Assembly (NCBI GenBank): GCA_001244265.2 | Contig: LN717261.1 | Coordinates: 3,053,591 to 3,117,590 of the forward strand | Length of the DNA stretch: 64,000 nt | Origin: Microbotryum violaceum | Taxonomy: Eukaryota | Direction of reading: 5' to 3' | In this document: one piece after another, positions 23,086 to 37,028 of the stretch | How the letters are laid out: the number at the start of each line of letters is the position of its first letter | Numbering within the stretch: the stretch's first letter is position 1 | Notes under the pieces: model-generated | What the model was told of the DNA's origin: nothing | Databases searched by the model: none | Seen by the model: the letters and a program-made list of their open reading frames with translations, nothing else | Position numbers and translations under genes: made by a program

Positions 23086-26000
23086 CCAGTGGGAACCCGT
23101 TAAATTAACGGGAGGATGAAAATTAAATAGCAGAATCGTGATCTCAGTTGAAGGTAAAACACACAATACAAAGGACAACTTCAAAACTATTCCCCATTCA
23201 TTGCTCTGAGAACAGAGCGGAATACTGGGTTTGGGGTCGCGGTGGCTGCCGCTGCCGCTCGATCAACGGCTTGTAGGTCGTCGTCATCATCGGCGGGGTC
23301 GCGAGAGGGCAGTAGCACCTTGATTCGATCAACACTCATGGCTCGAGACAATGCCACATACAGCTGCCCATGAGTGAAGACGGGATGTAGGGAGAGATCG
23401 ACGCCAACACGATCGAGTGATTGACCTTGGGCTTTGTTGATCGTCATGGCCAAGGCAACGCGAAGCGGGAATTGGAGCCGGCGCATAGTGAAACCAAGTT
23501 GGCGACTGCCAGTCGCATTTGTCTCAAGTCGCACGCGAGGGATGAAGACCGTGGCGCCCGCTCGACCTCCGGTCAAGATGATGGCTTGAATGACTCTCGA
23601 TCTTGCGTGCGACACGATCAGGCGGGTACCGTTGCAGAGGCCCGCGTCTGGGTCCAAATTGCGAAAAAGAACGACGGGGATCCCTTCCTTGAGACGCAAG
23701 TGATGCGCGGGGAAGTTGGGTGGGTTGATTGAATGTAGATACTCTGGCGAAATCAGTTCCGGCGCCATTCCACCCCCAGTATCGCCTGCCTCAACGACCT
23801 CGTCTGCGCTGCGATACTCGATGTAGTCGCCATTGAACTCTTCCAGCAGCTTGGCATTGATGCGATCGACCGTTGCATTATGCGGAGCTAGGATTGCCTG
23901 ACGTGAGAACAGCTGAATCAGGTCTTCGAAGGACTCCTTGTTCACGGTCCTTAAACCGGGGTAGACAAAGTTGATCAACCCTTCGGCCGTTCTTTGACCG
24001 TCCGGAAGCAGCAGGTAATCAGGCAGCTGCGAAACGGATAGAAGGGGTCTTAGTGTCGGTTGGTTGGGTAAAAGAGGGGAGCCAAACGTACTGCAATCTT
24101 GTCGTATGGGTGCATGTTGGCAGTTCCATCTCCCACGGTGAGTAGCCATTCCGCAAAGTCGCGCGTTCGAGCCAATTGAGCCTCGTCCATCGCATCAGCG
24201 TTCGAGCTGAGACGCATGTTCTCGGTAAGTCGCAAGACACGAACGTCGCGCCAGAAGTCTGCCTTGATGAGGGATGCATCGACGATTTGACCGGGAGTTC
24301 CTTTGGGAACGACAGGAAGGCACTGGCGAAAGTCCCCTACAAATTGGAAACCTCGTTAGCATGCCGCTGTTCAGAGCGGAGGCGGAAGAGCCCAACTGAC
24401 CCGCAAAGATCATTGTCACCCGCCGAAGTGCTCCTCGGTCTCTCGGAGATCACGCAGTAAACGGTCGACAGCTTCCACCGCGAATCGATGCGCCATTGGG
24501 GCTTCATCCCAAATGATGTGGTGGTACGCAGCATCAGCGCGAGATCACTCTCCCTGTCGACTGGACACGTCGAGGTTGGCAAGGTGTCGAGTGGGATTCG
24601 AAAAGTTGAATGCGCCGTGTGTCCTCCCTTGAGAAGCAACGCCGCTACTCCGGACGACGCCACCGCAATCGCTTGGTCGCCTCGAGCTCGCACAGTATCG
24701 AGAAGGGCATTTTCCACAAAAGTCTTGCCAGTACCCCCAGGTGCTAGCAGGAAAAACACATGCTGCGGCCCAAGGTTGTTGTCGCGCATCTGATCGACGA
24801 CATCGAGCTCGACCGCGCGAAGACACTCGTCAAATGCAATTCGTTGGTCGTGGTTCAGACGGGCATGCGCCGCTTCGGCATCTTGCGCGCATTGCTGGCG
24901 ATCAAAACGAGGAAGCCGTTCCTCGAGACGATCAAACAGCCGCACTTCGTCCTCGGTCAGCTCGGGAAGATCAAAGAAGGCCAAAGTTCGATCGTTTGCC
25001 GCAAGGAGGAGACGAATCTTGTTGAGGGTCCACAGGCGGATGGTTTGATCGTTGACGGGCACGTCTTCATAGCGTTCGATGTGATAACGGGCATCGTCGC
25101 TAAGAGAAGCAGTGACGATCCAGCAAAGCTGGTGGGTTGGCAACCGTCGCATGGATGAGCATGAACACGAATAATCGGCGTAGTTGGTCACCGGTTTCGA
25201 TCTGTGCAGCTTCCCTGAGATAGATGTGATGCTCGCCATCGTCGGCGAGAAGTCCGCGAGCGGCGCAAGCGGCGCGATAGGAAGGATACACGACGTCTTC
25301 GAATACGAGCAGGTCCGCAAACGATGTCGGGCCCATGACGACCTCGAGGAGCAGTCTGAGGTAAAAGCGCTCCCCACTACGCAGTGGGACGGTGTAGATT
25401 CGTCCAATGACATTGCGATCATGGACTCGGCGTTTCCAGCGCAACTTCTCCTTATTCCAGGAGTAGTAGCGCGGCACATTCGTGTAGAGCAACGTGGTAG
25501 TGAGCTCGCCGTCGGGAGCTGCAGCGCACAGGTCAAAGAAGCCGGTCAGTTTGGAGCGAGTGGGCGGAGTGTCGAGGGGCAGCGGTTCATTGGGATTGAT
25601 CTGCACAGATTGTTGATTCTCCAGATGGACCGGTAGTCGATTGACGGGTGGCCACACTCTACCGACCGAGAATCTGAATAGGCGGTGACCCGCTTCTGGA
25701 GCACTGATGTAGCGACCTTCGACGAACTCGTTGATCTCATCTCGAACCGGTTCGTCCTCGCGAGCCCCTTCACCGTTCGCTGCACGCTCAACACGCGCCA
25801 CAGCTCGATCCGGACCTTTGCACACATACTTGAAGAGGTACTTGATCGCGCCGATCGTTGTCACAGCCTCCACATTGATATGCGCATTGTATTTGGCGCA
25901 GAGATAAGGCGAGTACGGCACGCAGTCACCATCGTTGTAGATAACACCCCCTTGACAACGGCGTGGCGAAAGCGTCGGCGATACAACGGGTAGCCTTCAG

Positions 26001-28281
26001 GGTGCATGCGGGTGTGGGGGTTCTGTTCGCGAGGAAAATGGTGCTTGCACCTCGGATTACCGTACTTGTCCTTCTCCATGCAGGGCTGAGTCGAGTTTCC
26101 GCCACACTTGCCATGCAGCATGTGCTTTGTGACGGTCTCGTGGAGATCAGGATAGCGCGAAGGATCGGGTATCTCGGCCGAGATCATCTTGTCGATCGCT
26201 TCCGTCGACAAAGGATGATCGTCCGGCGCGAGGGTGATGAGGATATGGGCATGTGGCAGGCCCCGCTTCTGATACTCATTCACATGTGTATGCGTCAGAA
26301 CCACGCCAAAACAGCCTGCACGTTGCTTGTTGCCAAAAACGTCATCGCAGAGTCGGTTCAGCTTGGCTTCAAACACTCGTGCAATGAGATCCGGACGGTT
26401 GCATGCTTTGTCGTTCGGCCCCAGTGCAGCCTTGATTTCCGGTCATTCGGGGTTGCACGTCACCGTGATGAACAGCGAAGGCTTTCCATATTTGACGACG
26501 CAAGCCATCGCATCTTGGTAGCGCTGCGTGATCTCGCGCGGACTATTCTTGAACGTCGAGCCCAAAATCACCGAACGTCCAATTTGATCCGGGGTCAGGC
26601 CGTTGGCAACAGCGTCGGTGATGCCTTGGGCCGTGGTGAGGCGCAGACTTTCTTGATGCAACCGGATGCAGTTGAGTCGATCGGTCTCGACTTGGGAGTA
26701 TCCGTCAATCACGAACTCGAGGAAGAGACGCTGGGTGACATGCGGAATGGAGAAGTAGTCGTCGCGTTCGTGCAAGTGATATGCAAAGTATTGGGAACGC
26801 GAAACTCGGGTTGATCCACCTCGACCCCTCTTGTTTGATCTTCGTCCTAGATTTTCGAACAATTTATGTCAGTCTGAGGGTGCGTCTCAACAGAGAGGTA
26901 TATGAGAATGAGCCGAAGACGCTTAGCTTACGTTCACCATCACCATTCTCTTCGTCCTCCTCGTCGCCTTCATCCTCATCGTCCTCCTCTTCGTCTTCTT
27001 CATCTGGACCAAGGCCGTCAAGTAGCTCGCGCAATTGGACACCATTGTCAATCTGCTCTCGGTTTCTGGCGATGGGCGGCCCAGCTTGGTCGAACCCGCA
27101 AAGAGGAATGTTGGGGTGGAAGCCATCTTCCCCTGCAGGAAAAAGTAGTGGGTAACGGAGAGGCATCACGGACGGATGGAGCGAGCTAACGACTTGGTAC
27201 TTGGGCCGACCCTCGGGACATCGAGCACCGTGCACCTGGAGAATAAGGTCTTGACGTCCACGATCTCCCGTGTTGGTGTCGGAATCGCAGATAAGCATCG
27301 CCATTTCCGTGCTCGACGTAGGAAGGTTGTGGGTGCGTCGGTCTCGGCCTGGTGGTAGGCAGAGGCGCAGGACCCACTCTTTGGCCGTATCCCAACCCGC
27401 GCGGGCTTTGGCCGATGCGAACTCACTCACAAAGCGATTGCCGGTGCGCAACATGGACTCGAGCTTGGTCAAAGTAGATCGTTGCATGTGACTGTCTGCG
27501 CTGTCGGGTCCTTGAAGTCGTGTGTCGGTGGCCTCGGCCGGGTCGATCAGCCATGTCTGGGCAAAGGCTGGGCGTTGATTCACGGCAGGGATCAGGGCAC
27601 CGAGTCGATGATAGAGGCGGCCAAACACGCGAAACACGGGGGGTCCTAGCGTGCCCACTTGAGTTTGGTCCCAGAGGGCAGCGAGCGAAGTGAACGACAA
27701 CGCGTTGTTGTACGACCGGGCATTCTCGCGGAATGCTTTAGCTTCTGTGTGGGTGGGTAGAACAGTTCAGCATGTGGGTCTACTGCAGACGAACGTTGTT
27801 GGACGGAGCAACTGACCGCTATCCGAGCCTTGAAGAAGCTGCCGATACTCGAGATTGGGCTGGGGAGGGCGAGGTAGCCGCACCTTGCCTTGCGAGCAGC
27901 ACGCGCTGAAGTGTCTGGTCGACTTGGACCTTTCGCACTCCCAGTGCCGAGCCTTGCAGTGGGTGCACACGGCCGTCTGGGGCCGAGGTCGTCGCGGATC
28001 GAAACGTGGGCTTGAGGGGTTTCAGCGCGATTCGAGCCCGGCGCACTCGCCTTTGCGGAGGAGGTGGTGGTGGGGCGAGCCCAGCGTCGAGTTGGCCATC
28101 GCGCTGACCACGCTGTCCGTTCTGCACAGCTGCACGGCGGGCTCGTATACGTGTCGCAATGCCAAGATCGGTTGAATTGTTGTCATGACGCGCCGGGGGC
28201 TGATTCTGTTGATCGGAGCGGGACGAAGAGGAGGGTCGAGCCGCGGGGCGCCCAGCAGCGGGCGCTCGAGCAGGCCCATGG
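23086..28281 (-). mobile_element. Autonomous-type Helitron, degenerate; 5' end replaced by a copia element
   Basis: 3' hairpin CCCGTTAA-t-TTAACGGG followed by CTGG|T ending at 23086; Rep and Pif1 coding sequence inside. Confidence 0.93.
23187..28200 (-). pseudogene. Helitron Rep(HUH endonuclease)-Pif1 helicase
   Basis: CTHCKARHW..CCSQGKV zinc finger; YGKPSLFITVTCNPE; EYQKRGLPHAHIL; KYLFKYVCKGPD; APGGTGKT; QFPLRVALAMTINKAQGQS; HGQLYVALSR. In-frame stop at 26443 plus frameshifts; start approximate. Confidence 0.92.
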
Positions 28282-28488
28282 TGTCATCGTGTACACTACA
28301 TTGCAGGGGCGCTCTCAACTCCAGCATACGGAGATTGGGGGATGGGAACTCGGGCGCGCTCGGACCTCTTTAGATTCTGACTTCGATTACCCGAGGCAGC
28401 GACTAGCGCGGCTCTCCCTCTCTTTTCCCTTAACGTTCCCTATCCTCTTCTACTCGGCATCTTCGTTTGCTCACTGCGCTGCTCCTCA
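28282..28488 (+). repeat. 5' LTR (207 bp, single copy of the internal 57-bp unit)
   Basis: TGTCA...CTCA; matches 31264-31470. Confidence 0.9.
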
Positions 28489-31263
28489 TAGGTTATGAGC
28501 CCCAACCGACCTACCAGCTCAGAGCACGCAAGCTTCGACGAGCTTCCACCGCCTTCCACCGCGAGCGTTCACCCACCCGGCCAACCCCCGCTGGCCCGCG
28601 CCGTCATGTCGTCGTCTTCTGCTGCACCCACTGCAGAGGAATTCAAGGCTCTTATCCAACAAGCCCTCGACGTTCATGGTCGTGACAACCACTCTTCCTC
28701 GTCCTAACCCCCTGACACCACCACCGAGACCGCCTCCGTCCCGCGTGTCCCCGCTGCCACCTCGATCACGTTCGAGGCGGTCAACCGACCGACTGAAGGA
28801 CGAAGCAACCTACCCGCGGTGGCATCGCGCACTAAAAGCGTTAGTGCCCACACCCATCTGCTCGTATCTACAGACGGGAAACTTCCCCGCTGAATGGTCC
28901 ATCGCAACTCAGGACCAGTGGAAGGACTACGTACGAAGCGTCCTCTTCAACTCGCTGCACCCATCCATTCAAGACGTCTACCAAGAAGACGACACCCCCT
29001 CTCAAGTCTACATCACTCTGAAGGAGCGCTACTCGCCTCGGGACGCCCAGGCGTACGCCAAACTCATCCAGCGATTCTGGTCGATGCCCCAGATTCCGCT
29101 TTCCTCCAAGGACGATTTTGACAAGCACCTCAACCACGATCTCGATCTCGCCAGAGAGATTCGTCAAGGGAACCTCGACATTGAACAAGTGCTTGTCGCC
29201 GCTCGCCTCTTCAGTACCAACTTCAACGACGGTCTCGATCCTTGGCGCGAGACATTCCTTCAACTGCACCAGGGAAAGAACAGGCTTCCTTCCCTCGAGG
29301 AGACGATGAAATTGATGCGTGTTGCAGCGCACAACATTATCGACAAACGCCCTTCCGCGTATGTCTCGAACTCGGACAAGTCGGGGACCCCACCCGGCCC
29401 GTGCCCCGCTTGCAAGACTGGCCCCCTGCACTGGCTCCGTGAGTGCACCGATGAGGATGCGAAGAAGCGATTCTTCTCCAGACCCCGGCCCAATCGCTCC
29501 AAGCAGAACGCGAACGCCAAGCCGCCGGCTCAAGCTCGCCTCGCTGTTGCCTCGGACGACCCCGGCGAGATCTCGGAGACGGCCCCAGCGTCTCCTTCGC
29601 GGCTACTTCTTTCCTCTCGGTCACGTCGGACTCGCCTAGCCTCCTCCTCGACTCTGCCGCCAGTCATCACATGGTCAACGACTCAACTGCCTTCGTCGAG
29701 CTGCACAACACTCCTCGTGTGCAGATTGGCGGCGTAGGGGGGCGCTTTCTTCGCACGGCACGGGTGTCATCGAGCTCGTCGCTTCAACAGGCAATCGCAT
29801 TCGCCTGTCCAACGTCTTCTTCGTTCCGGGCTGTCCCGCGAATCTCATCTCCGTATTCGCGCTCATCAACGACGGCATCACGGCTTCATTCACCGAAGAC
29901 GGACGAGTCTCGCTGGACAGGGGGGGTAAGCGCGTCTGCACGGGTTCGGCCAAATCCGACCGACTCTTCCACTTGGATGCCCATCTATGTACGCACACCG
30001 CTCTCATCGCCGCTCGTACCCCCAAGGTCTCACTGCTGACCCTTCACTGCCGCCTTGGTCACTGCTCTCTTCCCACCCTCAGGAAGCTGGCCAAAAGCGA
30101 TCAGGTGAAGGGTATTGAGTGGACTTATAGCGACGATGATTGCAGTGGTTTCAAATGTGATGCATGCATGGCTTCCAAGGCGCACAAACTACCTTTCCCT
30201 ATGTCCGAGTCTCACGCTGCACTTCCCCTCGGGCTGGTTCACTCGGACCTACTCATGTTCCCTGAGCCTTCCGTGAGCGGCCGACGCTACCTGATCACCT
30301 TCATCGACGACTTCTCGCGCAAAGCTTGGGCCTTCCCACTCCTCCGCAAAAGCGACGCACTGACTGCCCTTCAGCGCTGGAAGGCCGAAGTCGAGAACGC
30401 CTCCGGGGCCAAGATCAAAACACTGCGTTCCGACAACGGTGGCGAGTACACTGCTTTCAACAAGTTTTGCGCCGAGCAAGGGATTCGTCGCGACAAGTCG
30501 GTGCCGTACACGCCCGAACAGAACGGGCGCGCCGAGCGACTTAATCGATCGATCGTAGAGGGCGTCTTGGCTCTGCTCCACGGCTCCGGTCTCCCGGCCC
30601 ACCTCTGGGAAGAAGCGACGCAGTACTATCTCGACTGCAAGAACCTCACGCCACACGCAGGGATCGACGGCGGTGTACCAGATGCGATCTGGCACGGCAT
30701 TTCCCTAAGACCTCTCACGACTGCGCACGTTCGGCTGCCGCGCCTGGGCCACCGTCCCACAGCATGAACGCACCAAACTAGAACCAAAGGGGATCCCACT
30801 GATCTTTGTGGGTTATGACCAACATGCCAAAGCGTATCGATTATACGATCCTGACACCCAGTGTACTCGCATCGGTCGCAACGTCACGTTCGTGGAGACC
30901 GAGTTCCCTGCCGCCGCGCGACAAGTCTGCGAGCCCGAACCGCCCTCACTCGCCCCTACGACCGTGCTGCACCCCGTCCTGGCGCCAGCTTCGGTACCAG
31001 CCGTTCCTGTCACACCTCCAACTTCAGCGTCGCCCACGCCGTCGCCTGACATATCCGTCGAACCGTCGCCTAACATATCCGTCGAACCGTCGCCCGCGGC
31101 CTCGCTCACATCGTCTGCATCATCCGACTCGTCTGACTCCAACTCGGTGAGCGACACGCCCTGCCCGTCACCACCGCAAGGCATCGACTTGCCGGGTAAG
31201 ATTCTCAAGCTCGAACGATCCATCTACGGGCTCAAGCAGGCTAGACGCATCTGGAACGACGAG

Positions 31264-31549
31264 TGTCATCGTGTACACTACATTGCAGGGGCGCTCTCAA
31301 CTCCAGCATACGGAGATTGGGGGATGGGAACTCGGGCGCGCTCGGACCTCTTTAGATTCTGACTTCGATTACCCGAGGCAGCGACTAGCGCGGCTCTCCC
31401 TCTCTTTTCCCTTAACGTTCCCTATCCTCTTCTACTCGGCATCTTCGTTTGCTCACTGCGCTGCTCCTCATAGGTTAGTGTAATACATTTCGAACGTTCC
31501 CTATCCTCTTCTACTCGGCATCTTCGTTTGCTCACTGCGCTGCTCCTCA
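31264..31549 (+). repeat. 3' LTR (286 bp) with a 57-bp internal direct repeat
   Basis: Repeat copies at 31414-31470 and 31493-31549, separated by TAG|GTTAGT... Confidence 0.9.
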
Positions 31550-31667
31550 TACTCTTATGCGCGTATGCGTCCCTCTGCGCATCTTATGCACCGTTAAGCG
31601 CTGTTAAGCGCGCGTAATCTCGGGCGAATCCTTAAGCGGGTTCGCGCGCGTGGCCATTTTGCTGTTG

Positions 31668-32680
31668 GATGTCCCGATGGTCGGCCCAAGTACCAAGTCG
31701 TTAGCTCGCTCCATCCGTCCGCGATGCCTCTCCGTTACCCACTACTTTTTCCTGCAGGGGAAGATGGCTTCCACCCCAACATTCCTCTTTGCGGGGTTCC
31801 ACCAAGCCAGGCCGCCAATCGCCAGAAACTGAGAGCAGATCGACAATGGTGTCCAATTGCGCGAGGTACTTGCCGGTCTCGGTCTGGATGACGAAGACGA
31901 ACAGAAGGACGAAGACGGCGAGGAAGGGGACGAAGAGAATGGTCATTGTGAACGTACGCGTCTTCGGCTCTTTCTCTGAGGCTCCATTCTGTCTAAGGCG
32001 CAAGCACAGACTGACATTGAACTTTTGAACACCTAGGATGAAGGTCAGGTAAAGGGGTCGAGGTGGCGAGTCTCGCGTTCACAATGTTTTGCGCGCTACT
32101 TGCCAAAGGCGACGAGTACTTTTCAATCCCGCATTGCACCCAACGTCCCTTCCTGGAGTTTGTGATTTACGGATATACTCCCAAGTCGAGACCGATCGAC
32201 TCAACACATCCGGTTGCATCAAGAGAGCCTACGCCTCACCAAGACCCAAGGCATCAACGGCTTGACCCCGAACCAAATTGGACGTTCGATGACCTTGGGC
32301 TCGACGTTCAAGAATAGACCGCGCGACATCATGTGGCAGCGATACCAAATTGCGATGGCGTGCGTTGTCAATCATGGAAAGCCTCCGCTGCTCATCACGA
32401 TGACGTACGACCCTGAATTACCGGAAATCAAGGCTGCACTGGGGCCGAACGACAAAGCATGCAACCGTCCGGATCTCATTGCACAAGTGTTTGAAGCCAA
32501 TCCGGTAACAAGCGACATGCAGGCTGTTTTGGCGATGAATGTAGGATGAATGTATTTTGTTTCTTTGCTGTGCTTCGTGTTGTGTTTTTCTAACCTCTGA
32601 GCTGAAATCATGTAGACTGTTCGGTTATCCTGCTATTTTTTGAATTTGATCCTCCCGTGAATTTAACGGGTTCCCACTGG
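31668..32680 (+). mobile_element. 5'-truncated non-autonomous Helitron (deleted subfamily)
   Basis: Homologous to about 26320-27220 (reverse complement), then jumps to the 3' end; hairpin and CTGG|T at 32680. Confidence 0.88.
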
Positions 32681-34146
32681 TTCAAATCAAGAAACAAAAG
32701 GGTTCAACTCACATGTATAGGACGATGGCCAGAGCGTGCAAGCACGCCTTCGACTCGTAGAAAGAAAGGCTGGAGAGTTCGTTCTCAGTGAGTAGCTCGA
32801 GTCGTGGACGGTCGCCATGCATACCGGAAGTCGAGATCTCGTCTGGAATTGTGTCGTCTTGCTCCGGATTGCTCGCTGCGCCTCTTATACGTGCGTCCCT
32901 CCGAGGCTCCAGAAAAGTGATCCCCCTCCTCGACCCTTGCGCTGAATATTGTCCTCAACAGTGGTCCGACCGTATTGAGTCACAGTCTGAACACCAGGCC
33001 AATGTATCCTAGGACCCAGGGCAGATGTCAAACAGGAGGTCAAACGGTACATACAATCATAATGAAGGAGATCTGATCGTGTGATTGGGGTCGTCCAACT
33101 GCCTGTACAGCTCGCCGTCTCTCCAGGTCTCCTCAGATACCACAACCGCTTTCTTTCCCTTTCGATTGAGAGTGGCAGCCTGAAAGAAGCATGTGACTGC
33201 GGAAATCAGCACGGATGTCGCTCCAGCAAGCCCAGTCGGCAGAAAAACTCACCTGATGATTGCTCAGTGCATTCAGGGGACTGAAAACAATGGTGACGGT
33301 CCGGCGTCCATAAATGAGATACATTGCTTCGAAAATAACACTTTTGCCTGAACCTGTTGGCGCTCTGACAAACACAGCGTCATATCGATCCCGGTGCCCA
33401 AATTGGTCGAGTTTGAAAAGTGCAGCAATGGCCTCGATCTGCACAGGCCGGGGGATAGAGTCCTCGCCAAGACTTTCGCCCAGAATAACTTTGACCTTCT
33501 TGCGTCATTCACTGGAATCTCGTCGGTCCTCGTGAGTCAAACGTGGCCTCCAGTGACCAAGAACGGTTGTCGGATTGGTTGAATGATTCGGGTCGTAGGA
33601 CTGGCCCTTGAAGCTGATCGCAAGGGAGACGCCCTGAACTCAATTGATGGATGTCGACAGGCGGTCTCCTAACCGGCCTGGGTGTTTGTACCGACATGGC
33701 TCGTCATGAGGGGAGGTGTGATGTTGAGTGGAGGAGAGAGAGGACGCGTGAGGCGCGGCCGGGCTCAAGTGACCTGGATCTATGCAGCCTTTGACGCGGG
33801 CTGGACTACGACTGGTCCGTGCGCCGACCTGCGTCTCGTTCGGAACCAGTTGATTCAAGCTGCTGTAGCGAGATGATCAAGCGTTTCTAGACTTCAAGCT
33901 TGGGTGAAGCCTCATCAATATTGGTCAAGTAAATACTCATTCCTCCAGTTTTCAGATAGCACCAATATATGTCATGCTACAGCAAGGGGCACTTTTCAGG
34001 GCCAAAATTTCGGAGGGCAACTGGGCCAGACTGGGCCGAGCGCGCAGATAACTCCCACCTCCCAGAAGGATGGGCGTCGAGCTTAGCGCAGACCCATTTG
34101 TTGCCCAAACGGCGGCCCAAGTGCGGCCCATAGCCCATACTGCATA
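32681..34146 (-). mobile_element. Second AcademH-like remnant: RecQ-like helicase pseudogene plus terminal region
   Basis: QIEAI..APTGSGKSVIFE..VFSPLNAL; TSALG..WPGVQTVTQYG..QRKGRGG (helicase motifs V-VI). 33970-34050 matches the TIR at 11561-11635 and 13430-13502. Confidence 0.65.
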
Positions 34147-34386
34147 GGCCTCGAGCGAACTCTAGCCAACCCGGACTCTCTCGGACGGGAGAAGGTAGCG
34201 TGTCGGAGACTGAGTCGGTCCCATTCAACGCTGTCCCCCCGTGGTCCTATGGCCCAGCGGCGTGTCTTGCCCATAGACGAATCAGCACTGCCGGACCGGA
34301 GTGTGCAAGTCGGAACGCCGACCCAACTCGACCCGACCCCAAGATACCCACCCATTCGACGCTCTATCCTCTCGCGGCTCAATCCG

Positions 34387-37028
34387 ATGTTTAAGTCTCG
34401 ACGAAGCTCGCGCTTGGTGCTGACGACCGCCTGGCAACTCGCCGCGTCGACCGCCGTGGTTCGCTCGATCCGCTCGACCCTGCTGCTCCAGTCACGTCTA
34501 GCGGCTGCCGAGCTCGTTCGAAGCACCCCCGTGCCACTGGTGCGAGACGATTCGGCTGCGGTGCGCAAGCCCGTTTCCGAGGCTCGTCCCCACCCGTCTC
34601 AGCGACGTCATGCGCAGCGACCCATCACACTGCCACTGCCACTGTCGGAGGCGCCGACGACTAGGACGACAGCATCGCCAAGTTCCGATGGCGTGCGCGA
34701 TCATGCGTCAGGCTTTTCGAACGAGCTCGCCGGTCACGCTCCTGAGGACCCCCACAAGCACGCCACTCGTCGCACTCGAGCGCCGCGCCGCCAGTCCCAG
34801 AGCGAGGTCGTGATTCTCAATTCGAGTATGGACCCCGCTTCAGCGACAACCTCGGTATGGCCACCGTCGCCATCGCCACTTGGCGACAAGCTGTCGCAGA
34901 CCCTACCCTCACCTCCGATGGAGCCCATAATCTCTTCCGGTCACCACGCCGAGCGACAGCACGCGAGGCCTCACAGCGCGCTCGACGGCCAAAACTTGGC
35001 AAGGCCGGCCGAGCCGCAGTCACCCTGCCGTCTCGATCAGCAAGCGACAGACGACGGGGCAAATTCTGTTCAACGGCACGGAGAATTTTCCCCTTGTTCC
35101 CCACACTCTGACGACATCAGCCACCCCATTCAAGCGTCACCGAGTCCCATGACGCCAGGTCCCTCGGACCGCCCGGGCTCGGCGCCGCGGGCGATGAAGG
35201 CATCCAAAGTGCCGGCCTCTCAGCTCGGCCGGCTACTACACTATGGAGGTAAGTGGAATGCCCAAGCATACCAGCGAGCGTGGCGGATCAATCTCGCCAG
35301 CTACGCTTTTTAAAAGCTGATGTCGTGGCTTACTGAACCCACCTGTGAAAGGTCTCGCTGCTGGTCTGGGGTTTGGCGCCGCATCCGAGGCGATCAAACG
35401 CGTCTCCTTTGGTTCAAAGGAAAGCGATCGCGCAAGCTCCCTGTTCATGAGCGAATCCAACGTACGCCGGCTTGTTGACAAGCTCTCGAGGATGCGAGGT
35501 GCCGCGCTCAAGCTCGGGCAATTCATGAGTATACAAGGTGACGACCGTTCACGTACTACTGAACGAATGTTGTGCGTTCCTGACACTTCCGGGACCACAG
35601 ACGCGAGAATGCTACCCGAGCAAGTAGAAGATATTTTGAAGCAAGTCCAAAACAGCGCCAACTACATGCCTTTCGATCAGACCGAGGTGCGCAATCTGCA
35701 GCTAAGTCCACAGACCGAACGATGTTCTTCGTTGACCGCTTCCCTCCCCTTGTCGTCCTTCAGCAAGTTTTGGCGAGTACTCTGGGAACCGACTGGCGTA
35801 CGCACTTTGATGACTTCGATATGGTCCCCTTTGCCGCTGCATCGATTGGCCAGGTCCACTCCGCACGGTTGTCTAGTCGATCCCCCTTTGCGGCTCAATA
35901 CCCACCTTCGATGCGTGTGGCAATCAAAGTGCAGTTTCCGGGGGTGCGGGCTTCCATCAAAAGTGATCTCGCCAACCTCAAATGGATGCTAATGGCGAGC
36001 TCTGTACTGCCCCGAGGACTATTCCTCGAGAATACGATCAAGGTGATGGAGCGCGAACTGGATGACGAATGCGATTACGTGCGCGAAGCGCATTGCGGCA
36101 CCAGGATGCGAGATCTCTTGTTCGAGTATGGCATGAGTGCTCGCTTTGGAGCTCCAAGGGTTGTCGACGAGCTATGTGGGTCCATGGTACTCACTACGGA
36201 GTTTGTAAAGGGCGTGCCCTTGGGCGAAGTTGTCTCAGAATCTCAGCGCGTCCGGAATGAGGTGAGCGTCGTGGCAGCCGACGGTACCCGAGTTGAGCAG
36301 ATCTCAATCGCTCAGCTGCTGCTTCTCTCGCAGGTTGGCGAAAGCTTGCTTCACCTTTGTCTGATGGAACTTTTGCAATTCAAGTTCATGCAAACCGATC
36401 CCAATTGGAGCAATTTTTTGTACGACCGAGACTCCGCCAAGGTTTGTTCTTTACCTAGTCCCGCGTACAGAGCTTCAGGACTCAACACGATTGGCTTCGA
36501 AGCCTCTCAGATTCAATTGATCGACTTCGGCGCCACTAGAGAATACTCTGACGACTTCGTGCAGAAGTTTCGTGCTCTATTGCTCGCGGCCGTACATGAG
36601 GACGAAACGGAGTGCTTGAGCGTCTCACGGGAACTAGGCTACTTGAAAGGAGAGGAAAGCGAGGTAGATTCATTTCATCTTTGCTTGGAGTGCTAAGAAG
36701 GAACTTGACGGAGCACTGAACCCGTGTTATGTTTGAGCAGGACATGGTTAGAGCCCACTTAGCCTCGCTTTTAGCATTGGGGGTGCCCTTCCGCTCCTCC
36801 TCGCCAACACCTTTTCCCTTCGACAATCTCGGACCTGCGATCACCTCGACTATTCGGGAACACATCCCCGTGATGCTCAAATCTCGCTCACGGCCTCCCC
36901 CCACGGAGACGTACAGTCTCAATCGCAAACTCAGCGGCGTGTTCCTGCTGTGCGAGCGCTTAGGTAGTCACGTCAATGCGCGTGGCTTGTTGGATGATGG
37001 TCTTGCCATACATCCTAAGGCCACTTGA
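34387..37028 (+). CDS. COQ8: ABC1/COQ8 atypical mitochondrial kinase, multi-exon
   Basis: KVPASQLGRLLHYGG; LSRMRGAALKLGQFMSIQ; PFAAASIGQVH; VAIKVQFPGV; MQTDPNWSNF; LIDFGATREY; PPPTETYSLNRKLSGVFLLC. Start could instead be 34249. Confidence 0.94.

Larger units (their letters stand above)
28282..31549 (+). mobile_element. Ty1/copia LTR retrotransposon, RT/RNaseH largely deleted, no TSD
   Basis: LTRs 28282-28488 and 31264-31549; PBS-like TAGGTTATGAGCCC; gag knuckle CPACKTGPLHWLREC; protease LLDSAASHHM; integrase HCRLGH..VHSDL..RSDNGGEY..EQNGRAER; RT remnant SIYGLKQA. Confidence 0.93.

Noticed and set aside
33133-33444. Host SGS1/RecQ gene
   Set aside because: Fragmentary, duplicated at 11899 and flanked by shared TIR-like sequence, so it is TE-borne.
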